Below are positions 47,649 through 57,259 of a stretch of DNA of 64,000 bases, one piece after another. Every line of letters begins with the position of its first letter. The first letter of the stretch is position 1. This DNA comes from Alphaproteobacteria bacterium (GTDB lineage Bacteria > Pseudomonadota > Alphaproteobacteria > UBA9219). A program made the translations under genes and the position numbers. The notes below the pieces were generated by a model. It was not told the origin of the DNA, did no database searches, and worked only from the letters and a program-made list of their open reading frames with translations. The stretch spans positions 10,707 to 74,706 of the forward strand of contig JAGWIK010000008.1 of the NCBI GenBank assembly GCA_028866275.1, given 5' to 3'.

Positions 47649-48383
47649 CTAATCGCAGGACTGTTTAACAAGGGCATCGGCAAGTTGTTCGTGCAGGGTG
47701 TTGGCTTGAGCTAGGTGAGCCTTTAGCGCGTCGCATAGAGCTATCAACTCATCGACCTTAGCAACGATGCGCCTTGTCTCTGCGGCGGGGGGGAGTGGCA
47801 CGCATATGTTGCTTAAGATGTCTAGATTGATGTTCTTTTGAGCAGTGGCAGGCGCAAAACTTTCAAGATGTGTTTTTGCTGTTTTGATAAAGAAATCAAA
47901 GTAACGAACTTCAAAAATGTTTTCAAAAGGAAGAAAGCCAACAACACTGTCTGGAAAACACGCCTCAAAGCCAAGCAGCGCGGTGTCCGCAATGTTAGCG
48001 GCAATAGTGATGCACATTGTTCCTTTTGGCCACAGCCTGCTTTGTTCTAACCCACGTTTATTGTAAGAGCTGCTATAAGTTTTTATCCACCCCTTCGCTC
48101 TTGCTACGTCACCGGTTTGAATAAGTGGGTAAGTTCCATTGCTAAAAAGAGCTGGATCATTCCTCGGTCTATGTTTTGATTTTCCACGAGACAATTCACC
48201 TATATCCGGCAGTTTTGTCCATGACCAACCAGTGGGAAGGTCGAAGGGCGCACTGGCTTCGGAAGCACTCTTTATGGATTTGCTAGATTGTTTTCTTTTG
48301 GCCGCAATTAACTCAAGGGATTTGCTTGCTGGTAGTTCAGTAGAATTTTGAGCGACTAACTTCCCCGTTACTGCTAACTGCAA
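47649..48383 (-). CDS. hsdS: Type I restriction-modification specificity subunit fragment (single-TRD half HsdS), orphan
   Basis: 244 aa, i.e. one target-recognition domain plus the conserved C-terminal coiled-coil region LPPAAETRRIVAKVDELIALCDALKAHL. No hsdM or hsdR in the window. Confidence 0.8.
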   Translation of the reverse strand: MQLAVTGKLVAQNSTELPASKSLELIAAKRKQSSKSIKSASEASAPFDLPTGWSWTKLPDIGELSRGKSKHRPRNDPALFSNGTYPLIQTGDVARAKGWIKTYSSSYNKRGLEQSRLWPKGTMCITIAANIADTALLGFEACFPDSVVGFLPFENIFEVRYFDFFIKTAKTHLESFAPATAQKNINLDILSNICVPLPPAAETRRIVAKVDELIALCDALKAHLAQANTLHEQLADALVKQSCD

Positions 48384-48591
48384 AATTGTTTGTTCTAGCG
48401 TGTTAATGCTACAACCTTATCCGCATTCCCAAACTGGTCGCTACATAAGGCGCAATCCGTCCAAAATCGGGATGCAGCCGCGAAAACAAGCCCAGAAACC
48501 GCAAGTACCGCAGAAACAACAACCAAAAACCCGCGTCAAAACCTCGCACCGCAGAAAAATCGTCACATCATCGGGTTTTTCAGCAGACTGC

Positions 48592-48723
48592 TAGTGGAGA
48601 TGCGCCACTGCTTGCCACCTACGGAAGCCGAGCACTGCCAGATTTTTCCGTCGCCTCGCCGGTAAAGCTGAAGCTTTCCATCCATCAAATTGAGGTCAGC
48701 CATGGGCACCTCCTGGGTCTGAT
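48592..48723 (-). pseudogene. tyrosine integrase N-terminal (arm-binding, DUF4102-like) remnant, truncated after ~43 codons
   Basis: My minus-strand translation is MADLNLMDGKLQLYRRGDGKIWQCSASVGGKQWRISTSSLLKNPMM*. It resembles the P4-type integrase N-terminal block (GGGLYLxVxxxGxKxWxxRY). It sits next to the tRNA 3' end. It is not in the ORF track because it is under 60 aa. Confidence 0.5.
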
Positions 48724-48811
48724 TCTGGGAGTTCGACCTAAGGGTATCAGGTTTTTATTTCGGCGTTCAGATGTGTTAGCGACGTGCTAGTGATTTTGGA
48801 GGCTTAAAGCG

Positions 48812-48838
48812 ACAAAAGCCGCCCAGAGGGCGGCTTTA
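48812..48838 (-). terminator. intrinsic terminator downstream of tRNA-Met
   Basis: Stem AAAGCCGCCC-AGA-GGGCGGCTTT, then on the minus strand a run TTTTGTC about 25 nt after the tRNA 3' end. Confidence 0.6.
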
Positions 48839-48862
48839 TCCATTTGATTTATTTATGAAACT

Positions 48863-48939
<77 letters not shown>

Positions 48940-49067
48940 TCACCAAAGGAACGGAAAAACCACCCGTTCGCGTGAAGAGGCGTTCTTTTGGCCCTTCGGC
49001 GGGTAAAAGTCAACCCGCTTTTCTGTCAAACGGCGACATTCGCTTTTCCCGGGGCGCAACAGATGAT

Positions 49068-49811
49068 ATGGTCGCGCGTCTTAATCTTAACAAGCCGTGC
49101 GGAATGCCGATGTGGTCTCTTCTCAAGCATAAATTCTCGAAAAAAGAGAAACTGGTGGCGAAATGGCGTTTTCGCCATCTCGTGCTGGCATTGATCGTCG
49201 GCATCGCCTTGGCGGGAGTTTTAATTGCCGTGCAAATGGGGCGCGACGTGTCCCGTGTCGATACGATGGATGCGCAAGCCCGCGCCACGGCCGATACCGC
49301 GTTGCCTGTGCCGCCCGACACCGGCAAAATCGGCGGGCCGTTCGCCTTGATTGACCAGGATGGCAAACCCGTTACCGACAAAGACTTTGCCGGAAAAGAC
49401 CTGTTGATCTATTTCGGCTACACATCGTGTCCGGATATGTGCCCGACCGGCCTGCAAAGCATGTCGCGCGCGCTTGACATGCTGGGGGCCGACGCCGACA
49501 AGGTCAAATTGCTGTTTATCACGGTCGACCCGGCGCGCGATACGCCGGATAAGATCAAGGAATATGACGCGGAATTCAGCCCCCGGATCGTCGGCCTGAC
49601 CGGAACGGCCGCGCAAATTGCCGCCGTGGCCAAGGAATATCAGGTTTATTATAAGAAAGAATCCGATGACGAAGATTATGTCGTCGATCATTCGACCCAA
49701 CTCTTTCTTATGGGGCCGTCGAACAATCTGGTGACGACCTTTGACGAACAGGTGCCGCCGCAGGTCATTGTTGACGCGTTGCACAAGCTCTGGGCCCAGA
49801 AAAAGCCATAA
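49068..49811 (+). CDS. SCO1/SenC-family copper chaperone (thioredoxin fold)
   Basis: N-terminal TM and a CPDMCP metal-binding motif with the downstream His (DHSTQLFLMGP). The start is uncertain (49068, 49104 or 49110). The ORF-track start at 48903 overlaps the tRNA. Confidence 0.8.
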   Translation: MVARLNLNKPCGMPMWSLLKHKFSKKEKLVAKWRFRHLVLALIVGIALAGVLIAVQMGRDVSRVDTMDAQARATADTALPVPPDTGKIGGPFALIDQDGKPVTDKDFAGKDLLIYFGYTSCPDMCPTGLQSMSRALDMLGADADKVKLLFITVDPARDTPDKIKEYDAEFSPRIVGLTGTAAQIAAVAKEYQVYYKKESDDEDYVVDHSTQLFLMGPSNNLVTTFDEQVPPQVIVDALHKLWAQKKP

Positions 49812-49816
49812 CAAAC

Positions 49817-49830
49817 CTTGACTTGACCGT
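49817..49830 (+). promoter_or_regulatory. possible -35-like TTGACT tandem upstream of atpB
   Basis: CTTGACTTGACC read from the 66-bp intergenic region. Speculative. Confidence 0.25.
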
Positions 49831-49877
49831 TCCGGCCCCCTACTTTGCGGCCAAACGAATCGCGACACGGGCGGAGC

Positions 49878-50624
49878 ATGGCGTCACTTCTTGAAGAATT
49901 CGAAATCCATTCGATCAGCGCACCCCTGTTTTCCGTGGACGGCCACGCCGTCACCTTTACCAATTCCGCTTTGTTTATGGTCATTGCGATCACCGCCTGT
50001 ACGGCGTTGATGGTGGGGGCGATGCGCCCGCAGGCCGTTGTGCCGGGCCGCTGGCAGATGCTGGCCGAAAAAATTTATAATCTTGCCGCCGATATGCTGC
50101 AGGCGGGCGGTGGTGAAAAAGCCCGGCCATTCTTCCCGTTCATCTTTACCATTTTTACCTTTATCCTGTTTTGCAACCTGTTCGGCATGTTGCCGGGGTC
50201 GCTGTCGGTGACCAGCCATATCATCATCAATTTTGCCATCGCGATGTTTTTGTTCGCGGTCATTATCGTCACCGGCTTTGTCCGTCAGGGCTGGCATTTC
50301 CTGTCTTTATTCGTGCCGTCCGGCCTGCCCAAAGTTATGGTGCCGCCGATGGTATTGATCGAAATCCTGTCTTTTGCGGTGCGGCCTTTCAGCCTGTCCA
50401 TCCGGCTTTTCGCCAATATGCTGGCGGGGCATATTTTGTTGCAGGTGTTTGCGGGCATGGCGGCGACCATGCTGGCGGCCGGCTGGCTGGCCGGCTTTAG
50501 CATATTGCCTATGGGCGTCAACATTGCTATCACCGGCTTCGAGTTCTTCGTCGCGTGTTTTCAGGCCTATATCTACGCCATTCTGTCGTCGATATATCTG
50601 CGCGATGCGCTGGAGCATCACTAA
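49878..50624 (+). CDS. atpB: F0F1 ATP synthase subunit a
   Basis: Start MASLLEEFEIHS is preceded by GGAG. It has five TM helices and the essential Arg region LSIRLFANMLAGH. Confidence 0.92.
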   Translation: MASLLEEFEIHSISAPLFSVDGHAVTFTNSALFMVIAITACTALMVGAMRPQAVVPGRWQMLAEKIYNLAADMLQAGGGEKARPFFPFIFTIFTFILFCNLFGMLPGSLSVTSHIIINFAIAMFLFAVIIVTGFVRQGWHFLSLFVPSGLPKVMVPPMVLIEILSFAVRPFSLSIRLFANMLAGHILLQVFAGMAATMLAAGWLAGFSILPMGVNIAITGFEFFVACFQAYIYAILSSIYLRDALEHH

Positions 50625-50656
50625 ATCCTAATCCTCTAACATCCGGGAGTAATCTA

Positions 50657-50884
50657 ATGGAAGACAATGGCATGAAATTGGTTGGCGCGGGTATCGCGAT
50701 GATCGGGTCGGCTGGCGCGGGCGTCGGTCTCGGCCTTATCTTCTCGCAATGGATCGCGGCCATTGCCCGCAATCCCGGCGCCGAAGCCAAATTTTCGCGC
50801 ATCGGCTGGATCGGCTTTGCTTTGACCGAACTCGTGCTGCTGATGTGCTTTACGGTGTCGATGATCATCCTGATGGGGAGCTAA
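50657..50884 (+). CDS. atpE: F0F1 ATP synthase subunit c
   Basis: 75 aa with two TMs. The Gly-rich helix 1 is GAGIAMIGSAGAGVGLG and the proton-binding Glu lies in FALTELVLL. The start was chosen at the internal MEDNGMK with a GGGAG RBS. Confidence 0.92.
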   Translation: MEDNGMKLVGAGIAMIGSAGAGVGLGLIFSQWIAAIARNPGAEAKFSRIGWIGFALTELVLLMCFTVSMIILMGS

Positions 50885-50889
50885 CCCCC

Positions 50890-51426
50890 ATGCGGCTGTT
50901 CCGCGGCGTCTTCTCCGCTGTTGCCGTAATGGCTACCCTGACCGCCATGCCTGCCTTTGCGCAGGAAGGCGGCAAGGGCCTGCCGCAATTCGACACCAGC
51001 CTGTTCCCGGAACAAATTTTCTGGCTCATCGTCACTTTCGCTTTTCTGTACATTATGATGGCGTTCGTCGCCTTGCCGGGCGTCACCAAGACGCAGGACC
51101 GGCGGGCGCAAACCATCGCGGAAGAAATGAATGCGGCCAGGGTGGCGAACGACGCCGCGCAAAAAGCCGCCGCCGATATGGAAAAAACGCTGGCCGATGC
51201 GCGGTCGCGCGCCAGCCACCATGTCAACGACATGCTGGCCAGTCTGGCCGATGAAACGCTTGAAGAAAAAACGGCAAAAGACCATCAGCTTAAAAACCAT
51301 CTGAACGCCGCGGAATCGAATATCGCCTTGGCGCGTGAAACGGCTTTGCGCAAGCTGCATGGTGAAATTGCCCCCTTGGCCGATGCCATCGTGTCGGCCG
51401 TTTGCTGTAAAGGGGAACGGACATGA
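50890..51426 (+). CDS. atpF2: F0F1 ATP synthase subunit b'
   Basis: Signal/TM plus a long Ala/Glu-rich coiled-coil. It is the first of two b-type genes, as in alphaproteobacterial and photosynthetic F0 operons. Confidence 0.85.
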   Translation: MRLFRGVFSAVAVMATLTAMPAFAQEGGKGLPQFDTSLFPEQIFWLIVTFAFLYIMMAFVALPGVTKTQDRRAQTIAEEMNAARVANDAAQKAAADMEKTLADARSRASHHVNDMLASLADETLEEKTAKDHQLKNHLNAAESNIALARETALRKLHGEIAPLADAIVSAVCCKGERT

Positions 51427-51935
51427 CAGGGCTGCTCCACAATCCGCAATTCCTCTATGCCGTCGCATTCTGCATTTTCGTGGTTCTGGCTTTCAAATAT
51501 GGCCGCCGGCCGCTTTTCGACTGGCTTGACGCGGGCATAGCGGAAATTCGCACCGAGCTGGAAAAAGCGCGTCAATTGCGCGTCGAAGCCGAAGCGATGC
51601 TGGAATCCTGCAAACAAAGAAAAGCCGAGGCTGACGCCGACGCCCAGGCGATCATCGCGCGCGCCAAACAGCAAGTCGTCCATATGCGCGAACAGGCCAG
51701 AGCCGATTTGGCCGCCGCCATCGCGCGCGACGAACAACTCGTCGAACAACGTATCCGCATGGCTGAAATCGATGCTTTGGCGCAGGTGCGTGCTGCCGCT
51801 GTGGAAGCCGCCATGACAGTGGCGCGCGCGACATTGGAAAAAAACATATCGCCGGATGTCGCCGCCACTTTGGTCGACCAGGCGATCACCGCCGTTGGTG
51901 CGGCCAAATCCGGCATCAAGCCGCGCGCGGCATAA
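51423..51935 (+). CDS. atpF: F0F1 ATP synthase subunit b
   Basis: N-terminal TM (FLYAVAFCIFVVLAF) plus a coiled-coil stalk. It overlaps atpF2 by 4 bp. Confidence 0.85.
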   Translation: MTGLLHNPQFLYAVAFCIFVVLAFKYGRRPLFDWLDAGIAEIRTELEKARQLRVEAEAMLESCKQRKAEADADAQAIIARAKQQVVHMREQARADLAAAIARDEQLVEQRIRMAEIDALAQVRAAAVEAAMTVARATLEKNISPDVAATLVDQAITAVGAAKSGIKPRAA

Positions 51936-51959
51936 CAATCCAAACGATGTATCTTTCGT

Positions 51960-54644
51960 TTATGGCTTGGCCGTCATGACCGTCGGCAGGCGGATGACGA
52001 TGCTGGTTCCGACGCCGTTGTCGCCGGGTTTGGCCTTGATGCTGCCCTGATGCGCTTCGACGAAACCACGACAAATCGACAGACCCAGCCCTACGCCGCC
52101 CGACGCGTTCTGGGCGGCGCCGCTTTTAATGCGATAAAACATGTCGAACACACGTTCGCGTTCGCTTTCCGGTATGCCGGGGCCGCGATCCGTCACGGTA
52201 ATTTTCAAATGCGCGCCGCGCGGCTGGACGGTGATGGAAATGGGTTGATCCGGCGGCGAATAGGCGCAGGCATTTTCGATAACGTTGATAAAAACGCGCT
52301 GCAAAAGCGCGGGATCGCCGTCCAGGTCGGGCAAGGCGGCGGGGCAATCGACCCTGACCGTGCGTCCCGCCGTTTGCCGCGACAAATGCGCCAGAACATT
52401 GGATAAAAGCAATTGCGCCGCAATAGGTTGTCGGGACAACCGCACCGCGCCGGTGACGAGTTCCGTCATATCCAGCAGATTCTGGACAAAGCGGTCCAGC
52501 CGCTCGGCTTCGGACTCGATGGAAATCACCAATTTCTGATGTTGGTCAGGCTCAATTTCGTTCCATCGTTTATGCAGGTTGCGCGACATTGATATGATCT
52601 GGTCCAAAGGCCCGCGCAAGTCGCGGCTGATCGACGACAGAAGATTGGCGCGCAATTTCTCCGTTTCCGATTGCAGCCGGGCTTGTTCGACATCGGTTAC
52701 CAATCGCGCACGCTCAATAGCCGCAGCCGCCTGATAGGCAAGACTCGATAAAAACAAATTCTGTTCGGCAGTCAGCGCGGCATTGCGTTCGGGCTTGATG
52801 GCGATCACGCCGACCGCCGTTCCCCCCGCCATCAGCGGCAAGCCGTAAAATGTCGCGCCTGGCAATGTATCCGAACGGAAACCTGCGGGTTTTCCGTGCC
52901 GCCAGGCCCAGTCCATCGCCGCATTCGACGCGGTGTCGAGCCGCAAATCCGTGGGCACTGCCGCCGCGATGTCCAGCCGATCATGGTGCGGCAATAAAAT
53001 GGCCGCTCGCGCGTCCAACGCTGCGGCGACACGGCGTGTCGTGACTTGCGCCACGTCGCCGAGCGTTCCTGCCGCCGCGATGCTTTTGGTGAAATCGTAA
53101 AGAGCCTGGGTGCGCGCGGCGTTGCGGCGCGTCGCCCGCACTTGCCGATGCATTCTGTCGCCGATCAGGCCGATAGCCGCGCCGACGGCAAGAAAAAATA
53201 AAATGGCGACAAAGTCGTGGCTGTGCACGGGCAGGAGATCGAAATCAGGCGCCGTCATCAAAAGATCAAGGGCGACACCGCCAAGGAACGTCGCGAATAT
53301 AGACGGGCCAAGCCCGACATCGTAAGTAATCAGCAAAATGGCAATCAGATAGATAAAGGGCAGGGCCTCGATCCCGATGGCCTGGCTGACAGCGGCGGCA
53401 ACGACACTCGCAATGGCGATGACCAGCGCGCTTTTACCGTAAGAAAGCCAATTCAAATGCCAGTTGCGGCCATCGCGCGGTTCGGCGCGACGGTCGCCGC
53501 TGCGCTTGGCCTCCCCGCTGCTGACCAGCAGAATGTCAAATCCCTCGCCGCGGTCAAGAATCGCGGCGGCGACCGAAGGCCGCGCCAGCCGCGACCACAG
53601 CGACCGCACCGACTTGCCGATGATGATCGTGCTGACATTGCGTTCGCGCGCCACGCGCAGGATTTCACCCGCGATATCTTCGCTGGCCACGGTGACGGTC
53701 TCGCCGCCCATATTTTCGGCGATTTCCAGAGCCTGCGCGACGTCGTTGCGTTGCGAATCCGATTGTGCGCTGTGGCGGCTGGTTTCCACATACATTGCCA
53801 TCCACGGCGCCTGCCGCCGTTCCGCGCTGCGCCGCGCCGTACGCACCAACGCCGTCGCCTGCCCGTCGTCGGATATGCACACCATGATGCGGCTGCTGGT
53901 GGGCCACGGGCCGGTAATGGCGTGCCGGCGCATATAGCTTGCCATGTCGTCGTCGACGCGCGCGGCCGCCTGCCGCAACGCCAGTTCGCGCAACGCCGTC
54001 AAATTGCCGGGCGTGAAAAACCGGTTGATGGCCAGCCGCGCCTGTTCCGGAATGTAAACCTTGCCGTCTTTCAGGCGCTGTAACAATTCTTCGGGCGGCA
54101 GATCGATCAATTCGATGGCATTGGCGCCCTGAATCATCGTGTCGGGCACGGTCTCCCGCACCGTCACGCCGGTGATACGGGCGACGATATCGTTCAGGCT
54201 TTCGACATGCTGGATATTCAATGTGGTATAAACGTCGATGCCGGCGTCCAGAATTTCCTGCACGTCCTGATACCGTTTGCGATGACGCGCGCCCGGAATA
54301 TTGGTGTGGGCCAGCTCGTCAATCAAGGCAAGCGCGGGTTTGCGCTGCATAATGGAATCGATATCCATTTCCTCAAACGGCAGCCCGCGATAAATCAGGC
54401 TTTGCCGCGGGGCGGATTCGATGCCCGCCGCCAAGGCTTCGGTTTCGCTGCGGCGATGGGTTTCGACGATGCCGATGACGGTGTCCACCCCCTCGGCAAT
54501 GCGGGCGCGCGCCGCGCTCAGCATCGCATAGGTTTTTCCGACGCCGGGGGCCGCACCCAGAAATATTTTCAGCTTGCCGCGCTTTTCGTTCTGCGCTTCG
54601 GCCAGCAGGGCATCGGGAGAAGGGCGATTTTCTTCGGATGTCAC
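51960..54644 (-). CDS. kdpD: osmosensitive K+ channel sensor histidine kinase KdpD
   Basis: 894 aa. N-terminal KdpD domain with Walker A (GAAPGVGKT), a USP domain, four TMs, GAF, the HisKA H-box (ISRDLRGPL) and a HATPase_c. Confidence 0.93.
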   Translation of the reverse strand: MTSEENRPSPDALLAEAQNEKRGKLKIFLGAAPGVGKTYAMLSAARARIAEGVDTVIGIVETHRRSETEALAAGIESAPRQSLIYRGLPFEEMDIDSIMQRKPALALIDELAHTNIPGARHRKRYQDVQEILDAGIDVYTTLNIQHVESLNDIVARITGVTVRETVPDTMIQGANAIELIDLPPEELLQRLKDGKVYIPEQARLAINRFFTPGNLTALRELALRQAAARVDDDMASYMRRHAITGPWPTSSRIMVCISDDGQATALVRTARRSAERRQAPWMAMYVETSRHSAQSDSQRNDVAQALEIAENMGGETVTVASEDIAGEILRVARERNVSTIIIGKSVRSLWSRLARPSVAAAILDRGEGFDILLVSSGEAKRSGDRRAEPRDGRNWHLNWLSYGKSALVIAIASVVAAAVSQAIGIEALPFIYLIAILLITYDVGLGPSIFATFLGGVALDLLMTAPDFDLLPVHSHDFVAILFFLAVGAAIGLIGDRMHRQVRATRRNAARTQALYDFTKSIAAAGTLGDVAQVTTRRVAAALDARAAILLPHHDRLDIAAAVPTDLRLDTASNAAMDWAWRHGKPAGFRSDTLPGATFYGLPLMAGGTAVGVIAIKPERNAALTAEQNLFLSSLAYQAAAAIERARLVTDVEQARLQSETEKLRANLLSSISRDLRGPLDQIISMSRNLHKRWNEIEPDQHQKLVISIESEAERLDRFVQNLLDMTELVTGAVRLSRQPIAAQLLLSNVLAHLSRQTAGRTVRVDCPAALPDLDGDPALLQRVFINVIENACAYSPPDQPISITVQPRGAHLKITVTDRGPGIPESERERVFDMFYRIKSGAAQNASGGVGLGLSICRGFVEAHQGSIKAKPGDNGVGTSIVIRLPTVMTAKP

Positions 54645-55216
54645 GGGGCTTTTGTCTCCAGCATGTCGATCGCGCGGTTCAATGCCAGAACGTTAACCCG
54701 GGGTTCGCCGATAAACCCCAATGTCCGCGGCCTGGTATTTTGGGCAATGATCTGCATCACTTGCGGCGCCGGCAAGCCACGCGCGGCGGCGACGCGCGGC
54801 GCCTCATACTGCGCGGCGGCGACAGAGATGTCGGGATCCAACCCGCTGCCCGATGCCGTCAGCAAATCCGCGGGAATAGGGTTTTTCGAACCATTTGCGC
54901 GCAAAGCCGCGGCGCGCGCGGCGACGGCCTTGATAAAATCCGGCGCGGTCGGCGCCTCGTTGCTGCCCGACGAATTGGCGGCATCGTAACCGTCACCCGC
55001 CGCCGAAGGGCGTCCATGAAAATACCTGTCCGTGGTGAAATTCTGCCCGATCAATTCGGATCCGATGATCGTGTCGCCTTGCGTCACAAGGCTGCCATTG
55101 GCCTGATGCCGGAACAGGCTTTGCCCCAGGCCGGTCATGGCCCACGGATAGGCAAGCCCCGTTATCAAGGTAAACAGGATCACAATGGACAGGCTGGCGC
55201 GGAGTTCCTGAAACAT
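54641..55216 (-). CDS. kdpC: potassium-transporting ATPase subunit C
   Basis: 191 aa with an N-terminal TM (LSIVILFTLITGLAYP) and the KdpC signature GSGLDPDIS. Confidence 0.92.
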   Translation of the reverse strand: MFQELRASLSIVILFTLITGLAYPWAMTGLGQSLFRHQANGSLVTQGDTIIGSELIGQNFTTDRYFHGRPSAAGDGYDAANSSGSNEAPTAPDFIKAVAARAAALRANGSKNPIPADLLTASGSGLDPDISVAAAQYEAPRVAAARGLPAPQVMQIIAQNTRPRTLGFIGEPRVNVLALNRAIDMLETKAP

Positions 55217-57250
55217 CTATGCCCCCATGAAAAGGTTGACGATCATATCAATCGCCTTGATGCAGACAAAAGGCACAGCGATCCCGCCGACGCCGTAAAT
55301 CAACAAATTGCGCCGCAGCACCAGGCTGGCGGGCGCCGGCGAATATTTCACCCCGCGCAGCGCCAGCGGCACCAGCGCGATCAGCACCAGCGCGTTGAAA
55401 ATAATGGCCGACAAAATCGCGCTTTGCGGGCTGTGCAAGCGCATAACATTTAACGCCGCCATGCCGGGATAAACCCCCATGAACAAAGCCGGGATAATGG
55501 CAAAATATTTGGCGACGTCGTTGGCGATGGAAAAGGTCGTCAAGGCGCCGCGGCTCATCAAAAGCTGTTTGCCGATCATGACGATTTCGATCAATTTTGT
55601 CGGATCGCTGTCCAGATCGATCATATTGCCGGCTTCGCGCGCCGCCATCGTGCCGGTATTCATCGCCACGCCGACATCGGCCTGCGCCAAAGCGGGGGCA
55701 TCGTTCGACCCGTCGCCGCACATGGCGACCAGCTTGCCCGACGCCTGTTCGCGGCGGATGAGGTCGAGCTTTTTCTCCGGCGACGCTTCGGCCAGAAAAT
55801 CATCTACCCCGGCCTCGGCGGCAATCGCCGCGGCCGTTATGGGGTTGTCGCCGGTAATCATGACAGTGCGAATGCCCATGCGGCGCATCATCATAAACCG
55901 TTCGTGAATGCCGGGCTTGATGATGTCTTTTAAATGCACCGCGCCTAAAATAACTTGATTGCGGGCGACGAGAAGCGGTGTGCCGCCGGTTTTGGCGATG
56001 CGTTCGACGGCCCGCAAAATCTCCGCGCTGCCGCTATTGCCGCTAAGGCGCAGAATGGAATCCGGCGCGCCCTTGCGGATGGAAATGCCGCCGGTATCGA
56101 CGCCGCTAAGCCGGGTGTGGGCGCTGAAGGCGACAAACTGCATATCGGGCGTGCGGCGTTCCACGGCTTTCATGCCGAATTTCTCCTCGGCCAGCCGCAC
56201 GATGGATTTTCCTTCCGGCGTATCGTCGGCCAATGACGATATCATCGCGGCTTCGGCCAGTTCTTCCTCGCTCGCGCCCATGACGGGGATAAACGCGCTG
56301 GCCATGCGGTTGCCCAGCGTGATGGTTCCGGTTTTATCAAGCAGCAACGTGTCAATATCGCCCGACGCTTCGACCGCGCGGCCCGATTTGGCAATGACGT
56401 TGAATGTCACCAGCCTGTCCATGCCCGCAATGCCGATGGCCGAAAGCAGGCCGCCGATCGTCGTGGGGATCAGCGTCACCATCAAGGCGATCAGGTAAAC
56501 CACCGGTATCATCGTCCCGCTATAGGCGGCAAAACCCTGCAGCGTGACGCAAACAATCAGAAAAATCAGCGTCAATCCGACCAGAAGGATGTTCAACGCC
56601 ACTTCGTTGGGCGTTTTCTGCCGCTTCGCGCCTTCGACAAGACCTATCATCTTGTCGAGAAAAGACTCGCCGGGATTGGCGCGGATTTCAATAACGACGC
56701 GGTCGGAAATAATGCGCGTGCCGCCGGTTACCGCCGACCGGTCGCCGCCGGATTCGCGAATGACGGGGGCGGACTCGCCTGTAATGGACGACTCGTCGAC
56801 CGTGGCGATGCCATGCACGATATCGCCGTCGCCGGGGATGATATCGCCCGCTTCGGCGACCACCAGATCGCCTTGCCGCAGTTCGGTCGCCGGCACGGTT
56901 TTGCAAGCCGTCGCGTCGATGGATGCTACTTTCTTGGCCGTGGTTTCCACTTTTGTTTTACGCAGACTGTCGGCCTGCGCCTTGCCGCGTCCTTCGGCCA
57001 GGCTTTCGGCAAAATTGCCGAACAGAACCGTAAACCACATCCATAAAGTGATTTGCAGATTGACGGCAAAAGCTTGTCCGGCCAACGCTTCGCGCAACGT
57101 CAACAACGTGGCCAGAAAACTGCACGCGCCCACGGTAAACATGACGGGGTTGCGTGCCAGCTGGCGCGGATCGAGTTTGACAAACGACCCGCGCACGGCA
57201 TCGCGGATCAAGGCGGGGTCGAACAGGGCGGCTGTGGTTTTCTTGGCCAT
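55217..57250 (-). CDS. kdpB: potassium-transporting P-type ATPase subunit B
   Basis: P-type ATPase motifs DKTGTIT, TGDN and [10 protein letters not shown]. Confidence 0.95.
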   Translation of the reverse strand: MAKKTTAALFDPALIRDAVRGSFVKLDPRQLARNPVMFTVGACSFLATLLTLREALAGQAFAVNLQITLWMWFTVLFGNFAESLAEGRGKAQADSLRKTKVETTAKKVASIDATACKTVPATELRQGDLVVAEAGDIIPGDGDIVHGIATVDESSITGESAPVIRESGGDRSAVTGGTRIISDRVVIEIRANPGESFLDKMIGLVEGAKRQKTPNEVALNILLVGLTLIFLIVCVTLQGFAAYSGTMIPVVYLIALMVTLIPTTIGGLLSAIGIAGMDRLVTFNVIAKSGRAVEASGDIDTLLLDKTGTITLGNRMASAFIPVMGASEEELAEAAMISSLADDTPEGKSIVRLAEEKFGMKAVERRTPDMQFVAFSAHTRLSGVDTGGISIRKGAPDSILRLSGNSGSAEILRAVERIAKTGGTPLLVARNQVILGAVHLKDIIKPGIHERFMMMRRMGIRTVMITGDNPITAAAIAAEAGVDDFLAEASPEKKLDLIRREQASGKLVAMCGDGSNDAPALAQADVGVAMNTGTMAAREAGNMIDLDSDPTKLIEIVMIGKQLLMSRGALTTFSIANDVAKYFAIIPALFMGVYPGMAALNVMRLHSPQSAILSAIIFNALVLIALVPLALRGVKYSPAPASLVLRRNLLIYGVGGIAVPFVCIKAIDMIVNLFMGA

Positions 57251-57259
57251 TTTTGAATC

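Noticed and set aside
48400-48594. 64-aa plus-strand ORF between hsdS and the integrase stub
   Set aside because: Gln/Lys/Pro-rich low-complexity translation and no RBS. It partly overlaps the integrase remnant on the other strand.
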